Assembly: GCA_024137785.1 (NCBI GenBank)
Contig: JAHRHZ010000282.1
Location: 124,001-188,000 of the forward strand
Reading direction: 5' to 3'
Origin: Ginglymostoma cirratum
Taxonomy: Eukaryota
DNA length: 64,000 nucleotides
The notes beneath the pieces are model-generated. The model saw only the letters and a list, made by a program, of their open reading frames with translations, had not been told where the DNA came from and did no database searches. Shown here in pieces: positions 40,187-53,039 of this stretch. Each line of letters starts with the position of its first letter. Position 1 is the stretch's first letter. A program made the translations under genes and the position numbers.

Positions 40187-40894
40187 TCGGTTACGTCAGA
40201 GATATGTACGCAAGAACACAAAACTGGAGCTGGGGGAAGCCACTTGACCCTTCAAACCTGCCGCTGTATTCAATGAAATCATTGATGATATGCATCACAT
40301 TCAACTTCCTGCATCATTCACAAATCCCCCTATAGATACGTTATTCTCGATCCATGTGAAGTAAAGTGAAGAACAGTGGAAGGGTTTCCCTGGTATACAA
40401 ACTTATAAATTCAGCTTTGGCTCGTTAACAGGGTTGATCTCTGATTAGTTTCAGTGAGGGATAACACTGAATGATGTTGTATCTGTGCCAGAGTCTTCTA
40501 TGAAAATATCTGCCCGGTGATTATGAACAATACTCACAGTGAGAATATTTCATTTAGAATGAGACATATTCGAAACCCAGGAATGAAATTCTTTTGACAA
40601 TCTAGTCTGTGCACATTTGTGGCCAGGTCATTGAGTAAATTCAAGACCGAGATTGATATTTGTGGATATTAAAAACATCAAAAGCTGAGAAGGGAAAGTG
40701 GGAATATAGCGTTGAGGTAGAGGATCAGTCAAATTATATCGCGGAGCAGACACGAAAGAACGAATACCCTACTTCTATCTGTTTTTGATGATGGAACCAA
40801 TGAACAATATACATCACACACCTGATTCAAGGAAAGGAGGTGAGAGTGTTCTGCGGATTTTTGCAAAGTTGGATTATGCCTCTAGATCTGTGTG

Positions 40895-41172
40895 GAGCTG
40901 AACGCACAGTGATCAATGGCAGAGTCAGATACAAGAGCACAGTTGACTTTTACAGGAACCGTTTTCTCTTCTTCAGCCAAATAAGTAGAAAACCGATTTG
41001 GGAAGTGAGGAGACTTATCAACCCGTTCCTACTTGAATTTCCTCAGTAAATATGTCAGAGCTTTCCTGGTACACTCGACGTATCAGAAGGAAATTGGTAC
41101 ACTGTATTTTGCCGTTTAACTGCGATTTGATACATCCGTTTGTCTTTTCTGAACGACTCCTTCAGGCGAGTC
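40895..41172 (-). pseudogene. TCR V pseudogene
   Basis: RKALTYLLRKFK*...FPNRFSTYLAEEEKTVPVKVNCALVSDSAIDHCAFS; RSS CACACAG, 23 bp, GCAAAAATC (40894-40856). Confidence 0.75.
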
Positions 41173-42389
41173 CTGCTAAAACGAATCTTGACCAATTTGA
41201 TTTTGTAATAAATAAGTAGAATATGTCAAAGTTATGCGAACAAATGTAACCAGTGAGACGCAGAATGATAGTTTTGATTAAGTCTCACTGAATAGCACAA
41301 CCGTTATTATCAGTAAAGAAGCCAGGGAGTGCATTTTATCTGGTTCAGTCATAAACAGCACACTTCTAAAATGTATTGACGCTTCTGGTATTTTACCAGC
41401 GACTGAACTCAGATCAGAGACAGTCTTTATTTCCACAGAAATTTAATGCAGATTCTTTATGCTGTGACTGGCTGATGTCTCCAATCTGAGGTCAGCTGTC
41501 GAGCAATCAACGTTTCTTGAGGACTGTCTTCGATCTTTGCAGTTCTTTGCGGGCTTATCTGCTTTTGGGGTTCCTTCTCCATGGTTCATCTCTCTTTTAC
41601 TTCGAACTCAGTGCCTCTATCTCTAGATAGGGGAATATTTCTGTCTAGTTTACATGAAAACGGAAAACAAAATCACAATTAGATTCTCCACTATTAATCA
41701 ACCATCAAAGGAATGTGCACTGATAATATTTATCCCTGCCAGAGTATCAAGGTTAAAATAATAATTCATTCAATTTCGTCCTGTATTGCTGTGGGATGGT
41801 GATGGTGATGGTGTTGGTGTTGGTTGTGGTGGTGCTTACGAAGGTGGAATGGTGTAGGGACTGGTAGAAGCAGTCTAAACAAAATTATTAGCTTTTGCTT
41901 TCTCTCATACTTCCTTCCTCACTCCACCCTTTAATTTCACAAAGATCCCTCTTGCTTTTCTCCATACCTCCGGTAGGTGTGCTCCAGGTAGAGAGAGCTG
42001 ACAGATGACTGAATGAGCTGACATTGGGAGGAGAGAGGGACTTGATTATCAGGCGTGAGGGGCTTTAAACTATGTCCTGGGAGCCATAGTTTCTTTTGCC
42101 ACGTGAACATACCAAGAGATATGTGTTAGAGGTTTTTATTTGTCTGTGTGTGTGAGAGAGAGAATGTGAGGCTATTCTTAGAATCTCAATACCAGTTTTG
42201 TTTCTTTAGGTTCACTCCCTTCCCTTAAACAGACAGGCTGAACAAAACCCTATTGGATCAGGGACTGTCCTTCATGGGAGAGAAGGAGAATGAGAAACCA
42301 TCAAGTGAGCTGAGTCCCACTGCAATGTCGAATTTTAACTCTTTATTCACTCCATGCCTTTACGTAACTCCTGTTTGTCTCTAACCGAC

Positions 42390-43085
42390 GTTCTCCCTTT
42401 TCTCTCTGTCTAACTCCCTATTCTCTCTTGTGCCATCCCCTTTTCTCTCTTTCTTTGTGTCTTGGCCTCTTTCTCTCATTGTGTCTCCTACTGTCTTTCT
42501 TTCGTCCTTTCTCTCTCTCTCACTGGCAGCCACTCCTTTTCTCTCTCTCCCTTGCTCTCCTTCTTTCTGTGCTTGTGTCTATCACTGGCTGCCTCTGCTT
42601 TAGCCCCTTTTGCATATCGTTTCTCTCCCTGTCCCTCTCTCTTTTTGTCCCTCTCTCTCTGCGTACCTGTCTCTCTTTACACCCATCTGCCTCTTTGTCT
42701 CTCTTTTTTCTTTCCATCTGTCTTTATTTCTCCCTGTCTTTTCTGCCCGTTTCCTGTCTTTATTCTATCTGTTTTCACCTCTGCCCTTTCACCCGTCCCT
42801 TCTCCCTCCTGTCCTTTTCCACTCTGCCCTTTCCACCCTGCCCTTCCTTCCCTGCTCCTTTTTTCCCATCGGACCTTTTGACCTCTCTACCTTTCACCCC
42901 TCTTCCATTTTTCCCTCCTGGCCATTTTGGTCCCCGTTGCCCTTTTCCCCTTCTGCTCTCTTCTGCCTCTCTGTGCATCCTCCATCTGTTCTTTCCCCTG
43001 CCCATTTCCTCCCTGCCATTTTGCTCTACTCTGCACTTGTTTCCGCTCTGTAATTTTTTCCTTTGGTTCCCTTTTCTGCCCCCGC
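42390..43085. repeat. CT-rich polypyrimidine low-complexity tract
   Basis: Seen directly; explains the overlapping low-complexity ORFs. Confidence 0.9.
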
Positions 43086-43403
43086 CCAATTGTGCATCGC
43101 TCCCCAATTTGCAGACTCCAAATTTTGCAGCCCTATGAAATAGTAATGTAATAGTTTGGGACATCATGAAAGATGTGAAACAAATAATTTGGTTTTCATT
43201 CGCTAGCCTGACTGTATTCGTTTATTTCAATACTATATTCATAATGATAAAGCTATGCATTCAAGTGAAAAGTGTTGGATATCACTGCGAATTCGGGAAC
43301 CATTTCAGATCTCGCCCTGATATATTGTTCGCCTGACGACTGTCACATTCAGTGTCGCTCTGATAGTTTCTGTACAGAGTCCGCCCAGTTCTGACTCGCA
43401 GTG

Positions 43404-43707
43404 GGTCTCAGAGTGCAGGAATACAATGCGGAGTCTATCAGTTCTGTCTTAAGTACAATCACCAGGATAGTACGATTCACATGACCAAACACCGAATACA
43501 GCCGGTCTCCTGGAAATCTCTATGTGTTCCCAACATATATGCTTCTCTGTAGCAGATACTCCACGGATCCTCTGGGGTTCTGACGGTACCAGAACAAATA
43601 AGGATGATTGTCTTCTGTGGTGTAATGACATCACTATTGGATATCGTCTCTCTCATTCACTTTGATATTAGCTGTTGTCTGTGAGACGGAATCTCCTCGA
43701 AACTGTC
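43404..43707 (-). pseudogene. TCR alpha/delta V pseudogene
   Basis: QFRGDSVSQTTANIKVNERDDIQ**CHYTTEDNHPYLFWYRQNPRGSVEYLLQR...ELIDSALYSCTLRP; RSS CACTGCG, 23 bp, ACAGAAACT (43403-43365). Confidence 0.85.
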
Positions 43708-44056
43708 CTGTAAGAGTCAGCAATAACAGTAAATTGCATAAAACACGTATGCTTATCGCCCACAATTGGCTCGTCACCGAGAACAATGGCCTGTTAAGTA
43801 TGGCAATGAAACTAAACGTGGATGCATCTGATGTAACTCAACGGCTGTGAAGGGAAAAGGCTTTGATAGATTAAATAAAGAGTTCTTTAATATACAGGCC
43901 ACGCCTTCTAAAGAGGTCATTTCCCTCTTCATCTCCTGCGATTTGAAGGAAAATCTGCACAGTCCGGTGGTTTTAAAACTTGCCTCTCCGTTAAATCATC
44001 ACAATGTCCTCCTTCCTGCTTTTATTCCCAGCTTAACTAATCCACTGTTTTCACTC

Positions 44057-44320
44057 ATAGAACATAGAACATTACAGCGCAGTACAGGCCCTACGGCCCT
44101 CGATGTTGCGCCGACCCGTGAAACCCATCTGAAGCCCATCTAACCTACGGTATTCCATTATCATCCATATGTTCATCCAAAGACCATTTAAATGCCCTTA
44201 AAGTTGTCGAGTCTACAACTGTTGCAGGCAAGGCATTCCATGCCCTCACTACTCTCTGAGTAAAGAACCAACCTCTGACATCTGTCCTATATCTATCACT
44301 CCTCAATTTATCGCCCCTCG
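44057..44320 (-). mobile_element. CR1-type LINE 3' end
   Basis: catagaacatagaac tail repeat followed by typical CR1 3' sequence. Confidence 0.7.
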
Positions 44321-44636
44321 TGAATGTTCGCTAACTTTGCCCACATAGTGCTAGGTGTCGGACCAAGTCTGGGTCCAGATGATTATTTCAATTCGGGGAG
44401 AGTGCATTTTCCCCTCTACATTAATTGAACTGCTCATTTAAATGGAATCCCCGCAAACAGCCGAAGGACAGAATTCCAGGAGGTGCGAACTTGCCCATTG
44501 GAAAACCTGCTGCTGTAAAGGATAAAAACAGAACTCTCGGCGACATGCTTACAAAGAGATCACGGTGAATGTGAGAAGAGCTGACAGAAGCTGGAAATGT
44601 TTTCGTTCAGAGTTATGAAAAGATTCGGAAAATTTT

Positions 44637-44665
44637 CTGAAGAAGGGTCTAGACCCGAAACGTCA
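44637..44665 (+). ncRNA. Minimal hammerhead ribozyme motif in a Penelope-derived short repeat
   Basis: CTGAAGA-A-GGGTC-TA-GACCC-GAAA-CGTC-A: catalytic core, perfect stem II, GUC cleavage triplet. Confidence 0.6.
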
Positions 44666-44932
44666 GCTTTCCTGCTCCTCTGATGCTGCTTGGCCTGCTG
44701 CATTCAACCAGCTCTTCACCTTGTTGTCTCAGTTTCTCCAGAATCTGCAGTTCCTACTATCTCTACATAAATAAATACTCTAGCAAGTTTTCAATGATTG
44801 AAAGTGTAGAAATGAATTTTTTTTGCGACATTGTAAATGTAACTCCTGTCTCATTATCAGATGCACTGCAGCGTGCCAAGAAGATGGCTCACCACCATAA
44901 TATCACAGACGGATGCCAGCGGCGCCAATAAT

Positions 44933-45246
44933 TATAGAATCCCTACAGTGTGGAAACAGGCCCGTCGGCCCAACAAATCTACACCGAACCTCAGAGCAAC
45001 CCACCCAGACCCACACCCCCAACAAGCCACCTAACCTATACCCTGCTGAACCCTACGGGCAATTTAGCATGGCCAATCCACCTAACCTGCACATCTTTGG
45101 ACTGTGGGAGGAAACCGGAGCACCTGGAGGAAACCCACGCAGAGAATGTGCAAACTCCACACAGACAGACACCTGAGGTTGGAATTGAAGCCGGGTCCCT
45201 AGCTCTGGGAGGCAGCAATGCTAACCACTGAGCCACCGTGCCACCA
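44933..45246 (-). mobile_element. V-SINE (HE1-like), near full length
   Basis: GGTGGCACGGTGGCTCAGTGGTTAGCATTGCTGCC tRNA head plus V-domain. Confidence 0.85.
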
Positions 45247-46007
45247 AGAGGGCAACAGTTTTTTTTTAAAAGAAAATAAAAGACATTGTGATAAAGTTTC
45301 CGTCAAAGTCTGAACGGGAATGGTGAGAGAGCAGACACACATGAACAAGACATCCAAATCCTGACCGAAGAGAACGTACTATGGCCAAGTTTACAAATGA
45401 CAGAAAAATAAGTGGCAAGGCAAGTAGTGAGGATGACTCAAAGAATATACAAGAAGATGATATAGACTGTTTAATTTACGATGACTATAGCATTCTCTGG
45501 TGGAATCTCCAGGCAATGTGCACCACAAATAATTATTTATGGGTGAGACAATATCAGTAAATGAGTTTTCAGGAATCATTATTGAGACGATTAAATTGTT
45601 TAACTATGATGGAAATATGAACAATGTTGAGGAAAAGTCTTCATATTTTCTTCATGTTTCATTTATTTATGATTTAAACAGAGCTTTAATTTCTATGCAT
45701 CACAATCGTAGGTTTTCACTTTCATGCATTTCTCCTTCAATAGTCTTTCATCATTCTGCTCTGTGAATGTAGTATTAGTGCATTTCTCAGCTTTCTGTTT
45801 CTTTCTTAAATGTTGCTCGTTTGCAAATATACCGTTCCTTCATCTCCATTCGCATCTCCAATTTTATTCACTTCTGACCATCTTTAAATTTTGATGCTCT
45901 ATACTTTCTGTTGTATTTTACCCTCATTCCCCACAAAACAGGTTTTAAAGTCCTGAATTAGTAACACTGTTATGTCAAAATTAACATAACATAACTGCCA
46001 GTCTGCA

Positions 46008-46046
46008 GGTTTTTGTGTGGACTCTCCATTTATTGGTGACACTGTG
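46008..46046 (-). promoter_or_regulatory. Consensus 23-RSS
   Basis: CACAGTG, 23 bp, ACAAAAACC (both perfect). Confidence 0.95.
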
Positions 46047-46384
46047 CCCTCACTGGCACAAATGTAGATTGCAGTGTCATTAATCCTGGTCTCTCTCACA
46101 GTCAGTGTACTGGTTTTGTAGTCTCCACTGATTGAAGCGGTTACCCTCGTAGGCTGCTCGGCTTCTCTTCTGGCCATCACTAGATGCTCGGGTGGCTGAT
46201 TTGGGAGCTGTCTGTACCAACGCACTGTGGTAAATGTAGTAGCAGTAGTGGAGCAGTTCATGGACACCATTCCCATTTCACTAACAACCATCCACGGAGG
46301 AAGTTGCATCACTTTGACTTCTCCAGTCACGTCTACGGAGATGAGAGTGGAGAACAGCAAGAGAACTCCGCAAATTCGGAACAT
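46047..46384 (-). CDS. Intact TCR V segment with leader and V in one exon
   Basis: MFRICGVLLLFSTLISVDVTGEVKVMQLPPWMVVSEMGMVSMNCSTTATTFTTVRWYRQLPNQPPEHLVMARREAEQPTRVTASISGDYKTSTLTVRETRINDTAIYICASEG; uninterrupted ORF up to a perfect RSS. Confidence 0.9.
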
Positions 46385-46635
46385 TATCAGATTGCAAGAA
46401 AGTCAGCGAAAACAATTGCTGGCCGAGATCAGTTGAGAAACTGGATGTAAATAATCAATTTATAAGAATGAACATCTAGAACATCACTCTGTTCACTTCT
46501 AACTACTTGTTGAAGTTAGAGAAGAAGCTATGGCCCGGTGTGTGTTTTCATAATAAGCGTTTCACACTGACAACTGTTTTAATCTGTCTAGAAGGTCATT
46601 CCTACTCTGGCTCTCACTTTCAATATTTACCGCAG

Positions 46636-46935
46636 ATTCACACTACACTCTAGTGGTGTGTACAAGTAATTGCAAGGTGCAATATTCTCATCGCAGGTTG
46701 CAGTTCACAGGTTACTGCTCAATGTTGTCCTTCCTGGTACAAAAGTATGAACAGGTGAGGCTTTGCATTTCTACTTCATTTCCATCATCCAATTATTTCA
46801 GGATACTATCTGTCCGTTTTGTAACCAAAGCTTTATGCCACACTGTAACCACTCTCCTTAAAAAGAGTACTGTTCCCACATTAATCCTGAAATATCGATT
46901 CGTACTTTGGAACTGTGTACTTCTTCAGATGTGAC
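46636..46935 (+). pseudogene. Possible highly degenerate V relic
   Basis: Acceptor ccgcag|AT TCA; QFTGYC..WYK..FLLH pattern only with frameshifts; no RSS seen. Confidence 0.25.
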
Positions 46936-47238
46936 ATGAATAACTATTTACGTATGTGCAACATTTCCACAAGAAGACCAAACTTGACAGCTCATCACAG
47001 TACATCTTTCTACTGGGATCTATCTGAAACCATTTGCTTTCTCTCCGTATCTCTCTCTCTCTCTTTTACACAAACCCACCCACTCAGACACATCTTCAGA
47101 GATATCTTCAACTCAACTTTTCTCTCTATTCCCCACTACATTGTTTCCGTTATTGCATATTAATCATCTTGAATATGGTTATCTATTCAGCTTTTACAGC
47201 TCACTGTGGTAAATATCCCGACAGATGCACGATGCTGA

Positions 47239-47263
47239 AGAGAGAGAGAAAGAGAGAGAAACA

Positions 47264-47294
<31 letters not shown>

Positions 47295-47332
47295 GAGAAG
47301 AAGAAGAAGAAGAAGAAGAAGAAGAAGAAGAG
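47239..47332. repeat. (GA)n/(GATA)n/(GAA)n compound microsatellite
   Basis: Seen directly. Confidence 0.9.
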
Positions 47333-49450
47333 ATAAATAAACTTTCTGTACAGTTCAGCCTTAAAGGAAAACCCTTAGTTTGTGATTACATCCCGTCGTC
47401 CCAGACTGTCCTGAGTATAATGGCAGAACAAATCATCTACAGTTAACCGTGAACACACTGAACTCTCAGGTGGGGCGAAGAAATGAGTTTTTGTCCCATG
47501 CACAGAACAGCAAATCTCATTAGAATATGTGAATTGTGGATCAAATCCTTTGAGCTTTTAAACTTGGAGTGTTAATGCTTAGGAAAACTGAGTGCATCCC
47601 TTTCTGCACGTGAAGTATCTGAATTGTCTCTCTTGGTTACGACTGTGCTGCAGCAAAGTTCGCTGTGGTCTTACTTTGGAACTTGAAACGTTGTCCCAAG
47701 AGTTTTCTTGGGGGCCTCCACACGACGACAGGGAATTTACTGGTAGGTTTTAATTTCCCAGAACAATTTAAACACAGAGAACCATGTGGGACAAAACTGG
47801 GAAAAGTCATGGTTAAGACAAACGTTCTAACCACTTCACTCTGAAATCAATGTCAATTCCCCAGGACAGTGGTGAATTGACCAGGCATCTCTCACTCTAA
47901 TTCCCAAACAGAAAATTCTGGGAAAACTCTGTATGTCGGAGCAAGTTTGTGGAGAGAGACATATTGCTATTTGTGGGTGCTTAATCCGAATCTGCTTGGA
48001 AAGTACTCTATTGGCTCTGAGGGGTTTTGGATTCAGGTGGTGATAAAAGCGCTATTAAAATACAAGGACATTTTTTTCCTCGATTCAGCCCTGAATATTT
48101 ATCTCTCTGCTCATGGAAATACTGCTGTAGGGAGAAATAGCAAAGAGGGGTCTTAAATCCCTTGTTCCTTAGCCTAATAGATCTATATTCAGAGCTGCAT
48201 TACCACAAATATGGAAGAGGCCAGAGACAATCACGAATCTGGTTTTTACCTGTGCCCAGGTGCAGTCGTAATAACAGCTCAGGTTGAAAAAAATCAATAA
48301 CGCTTTCAATTCCGCAGCAGAATACGACTTTTCATAACCTTCGTGTTACAATAATTATATGTATTAGTGATATCATTGTTAACAAAATCCAGACACTTCC
48401 ATCATCTGTGACTGGGATGCTTCTGACAGCTTTACTTCTTCCGTGACGTTTTCCAGCTTCACTGCATTATTTACCAATTGCCTAAATTGTGGCCTTTTCT
48501 TTTTTAAAAATCTTGGAACTCTTCCAAATTAGATACGAATTTCAGTATGGCAGCTTAAGAAAGTTTTTTTTAACCAATTATTACCGAGCATTTAAAATCA
48601 ACTCTAATGTAAAGTTACTGTGAGGCAGCTGACAAATTGAGAACAATCCCTCTCTTACTTCAACCTAAGAGATCAATTAACGGTCCTTCTGACCTGTAAC
48701 TGAGGTTTACGACACTTTTTATTTACATGCTATGAGTGGATTCAAAACTAAAGTTTCATTTTCAACTAACTATTCACTGTTTCAAAACTAAACACGTTCC
48801 TTTACTAATTATCTTTTTAACATAAAAACATGCGTCCGAATACCACTGATAAGAGTGAAATTCAACCACTTTACAACTTTACTAAGCCATTAAATGAAAC
48901 CTGTGTAGACTCCAAAAACAACTAGGGGACAACCACATCTTATTTCTTTATTTTGTAACCTGTCCTTGTCTCTTTTTCCTTGATCTCGGGACGTAAGAAA
49001 TTATTAGACTATCTACATGTGCACTTAAATTTCATTTGTTTATCGTTCTGCAGTCGTGACCTCTCTTTCTATAACTTTCTCCTGCCCTATCCTGTGCCAA
49101 TGGTTTTTATTTTCGAAGTCGTGTTTACATCTTTTATTATTTTATGTTTCCTAATAATGCATTGGGACTCTTTATTGGCGACAAACATTTTGCTCAAGGG
49201 ATGCAGCCAGACCTTTCACAGCACTTTCCTGTTTGACTTTCTAATTCTACACTGGCCTAACCAGTTCAGAATACTACAGGATCAGACTTTTCTTTCTACT
49301 TCTTACTAAAGAAGGAACTTGTGTCTGTGACTAAGCTCTGCCATACAAAAAAATTGCCTCTATTATGTGTTTAGAACTGCCTATTTACAGAAACCAGATT
49401 CAATTCCCTAATGTTTCTTCGATGGAGAATCTCATCTTATCCTCTCTCTC

Positions 49451-49481
<31 letters not shown>

Positions 49482-50124
49482 GGAGACCACAAGTCTAGCT
49501 GTGAACATCTGTTGTATGTACCTGTCAGACATTTTCGGCCGAAGTGTGTTCACTAAAAAAGACCCCAAGCGGCCATGTTGTCAACTTGGTCATAGGCCGC
49601 TTCAACACGTGGAAATGGGAATCGGAAACAAAACTTGAAACTGTTGGAAAAATTCAGACGGTTTGGTAGCGTTGAGGACAGAAGACAGAGTGAAACGCTC
49701 AGCAGGTCTGACAGCATATGTGAACAAAAGTCAGAGCTAATGTTCGGGTCCAGAGACCCTTCCTCAGAACACACTGGACACAAAACTTTAACTCCGATTT
49801 TTCTTCACAGATATTGCCAGACTTGCTGAGCTTTACCAGCAACTTCTGTTTTCGCTCCTGATTTATAGCATCTCCATCTCTTTCAGTTTTTACATTGAGA
49901 TCAGGACGTGAAACGTCAGACCACGCAAGGGTACAGACCAAGTGCTGGAAATAAGTATTCGAATAGATGATATTTTATGATAAGCAATGATACAGTAGAC
50001 CGAAGTGTCCCTTTTCATGCTGTAAGAACTCCATCACCGGGAGAAGCGTATGTGTGACAATGAACACGAATGAAACATCAAAAACAGTGCCATGATAAAA
50101 AGGCACAACTGCTAATTATGACTT

Positions 50125-50187
50125 CTGCGGTGGTCTCATGGGTTGAGATTAGGTGCTTGTGACCCAGGTTCGATTCCCAGTCAGGGA
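50125..50187 (+). pseudogene. tRNA-Glu-like relic (internal deletion)
   Basis: ggtggtct...ccaggttcgattcccagtcagggaa matches the tRNA-Glu T-arm and acceptor end. Confidence 0.45.
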
Positions 50188-51607
50188 ATGGGAGATTCTG
50201 CGACTTTCTCATGCTGACAGCATTTTAAAGACTGATTTTAAGAAGCAAGGAATCAGCAGTGGAACCATCAAAAAATTCTCATCATTCCAAATAATTTTCA
50301 TATTGATGTAAAGCAAATAACGATGGATTTCGAAAATCTGCAAAAGAAAACAGAATTTTCCGGGGAAACTCAGCAGGCCAAGCAGTGTCTGTGGACAGAG
50401 AAACAGAGTGAACGTTTTGTGCCCACATTTTGTGAAGCTTCTTCAGAACTAGGTTAGTTATACAGCTGCAACTTGAAATGTTGGGGTAAAATTTCAGGCT
50501 TACTTGCCGAATTAGCATATTTATCTCATTAAATTACAACAGTCAACTCTATAACTTTAAAAATTAATCAGCTCTAAATGCTCCTTACATTGCACTGAGG
50601 TGGCGAAGGGCTGTGCTTAAATGGTTGTCTTTTACTTTCTCTGGGATAGTTATGGTGCAAGTCGGATGGGAAATTATTCCTTCCAACGTCGACTCGTCTC
50701 TTTTCATTGTCTTTGTATGGCCGCCTCCCTCTTACCAGAAACCAAAACAGAAATTTCTGGAAAAGCTCCGAGCTCTGGCAGCATCTGTGGAGACAAATCG
50801 GAGTTAATGTTTTGGGTCGGTTGTCCCTTCCCCAGAACTGTTGGTAGCTACGAAAAAAAAAGTTTCTGTATGCTGAAGAGGATAAAGAGTAAATGAAAGG
50901 TGGAAATAGCGCCCAAAGAAAGAGAACAACAGCTGGACAGACAAAGGAATAGATAACTATCAACCAGGGAGAGTGAATAGCTACTAATAGGGGCAATTAC
51001 TGGCTAACAATGGGTGGTGTGCAACAGTTGATTCCGTGATATCAAGGCCTGGTGTGTGGTGGTAGTGTGTGGGAGCAAGACCCTGACCAGAGTCTTGTGT
51101 AGGTCTAGTTTGGTATAATTTCTAATCCATCATCAAGACAGTTCCAACACAATTACAGAATTTACAATGACATATTTACTGGTGGTGTAAAATTAATGAA
51201 CATTCACAGCAAAGAAAGAGGATGATCGGCTCGTCTTCTCTGTGCCTTTACCACAACGTTCCCCGATCACTCTGCAGTTTATCCTGTCTCTCCTCGTTAT
51301 ACTCAACAAACTGGGAATGAAGGAGTAGCAACAAGAAACGGGGAGAAGAAAAAGTCATTGTGGAACAGAGGAAAAAAACTCCGGGTTCAAGTGAGTGTTA
51401 CAGTTCATAAAGTAACAAGAAACAAAAGCCACAGATGGAGGACTAACCCAGGCTACAGGAATGGGAGCAGTCGAATAATTACAGGTTTAGTTCAAACATA
51501 GGCTGAGTGGCCCGTTTCCACACTGTAGGGATTCTAAAGGCGACAGGTAGTTGGCTGATTGTGCTACAAGTTATCTCAGCTGTGTTAATAAAGAAAAGGG
51601 GGTAGTG

Positions 51608-51895
51608 GGCACGGTGGCAGCGTGGCGCAGTGGTTAGCACTGCTGTCTCACGGCGCCAGGGGCCTGAGTTCAATTCCAGCCTTGGCTGACTGTCTGTGTG
51701 GGTTTCTTCCAGGTGCTCCGGTTTCCTCCTACAGTCCAAAAATGAGCAGTGTAGGTGGATTGGCCGTGCAAAGTTGTCTGTATTGTTCAAGGAATGTTTA
51801 GGTTTGGTGGGTTAGACTTGGGGAAAGGGATTCTTTTCAGAGGGACAGCGTGGGCATGTTGGGCTGAATGACCTGTTCCCACACTGTAGGGATGT
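51608..51895 (+). mobile_element. V-SINE (HE1-like)
   Basis: gtggcgcagtggttagcactgctgtctcac head plus gggtttcttccaggtgctccggtttcctcc core. Confidence 0.8.
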
Positions 51896-53039
51896 TAAAG
51901 GCTACAGGAAGCACGTTCAGCCAATATTTGTATCCTCCCAAATCACCAGTTTAGATCAACAAATGTAATTTGTGAGAAGATTAGTGAGGACCTCTTGATT
52001 ACTATACACGAGTATTTAACCAAGTAAGCTGTAGCATTGTATTTCTGCCCATCCCTCTGTCCATTTCCTTAACTGCTCGATCACAGCAACTCGGTGTATT
52101 TTTGGTTGACGTTGCTCATTGAGAATGTCAATCGCCTTTCGCTTTTGCAAAAACAGAGAATTCACAGGTGAGCATTGTTCACTTGAAAACGCAGAGAATT
52201 GGAGAATCTCCTTTTGCATCGGTTTAAAACAGATATTTTCATCTGCTGAACTAACTGGATAAAGGCTTTGGCTTCACCCTCTTGGAGTCTATTAATTGCA
52301 TTAGTACACACAGAGGGAACCTCACAAGAGGAAGAGGGTCATTGTGAATAATTGATCATGAGTGACACGTGGGCCAGTGTAAGTAGTGGACAGTAAAATC
52401 TGACACATTAGCAACTACACTGAGCCTTGCATCATCAGTTACACACTCACTTCCTGCTTCATGCCTCGCAGCTTTCATTGCTTTTCAATTGTCTTCCTTA
52501 CCAATTGCAGGTCTCTAATCAGAAATGGCATCGTTTATAAACTGATTCTTGGGATATAGGCGTGTCTTACATGGACAGGAGTTATTGTCCATCCCTAATT
52601 ACCACAGAGATGGAGGTGATGAGCTACTTTCTTGAACACTTGAACTCTTTGGTACGTATGTACAACCATGATGCCGTTAGGGGGTGATTTCCAGTATTTA
52701 GATCCAGCAACACTGAAGGAAAAGCGATACATTTCCAACTGAGAATGGAGGGGGACTTGAGGGTGGCAGTTTTACCAAATATCTACTGCCATTGTCCCTC
52801 TCGGTATTACCAAACTCTCACAGAACTGATTCTGTCAGATTCAGCGTTTGTGGCTTTTTTGTAACCAGGAATTTCTTTTCGTTCTGATAATTCAGAGAAA
52901 AGAATGAAATCTCCATTTCCTGACTAGCAAGTGTGCACATACATACGTGACTCAAGCTCTGAATCATACCCAGTGGAACACAGTGATGCTGAAAGGGACT
53001 CATGCGACCTGACATGTACATGGTCTTGTGCCATAATTG

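Noticed and set aside
42428-43167. Long ORFs up to 236 aa
   Set aside because: Products of a CT-rich low-complexity tract.
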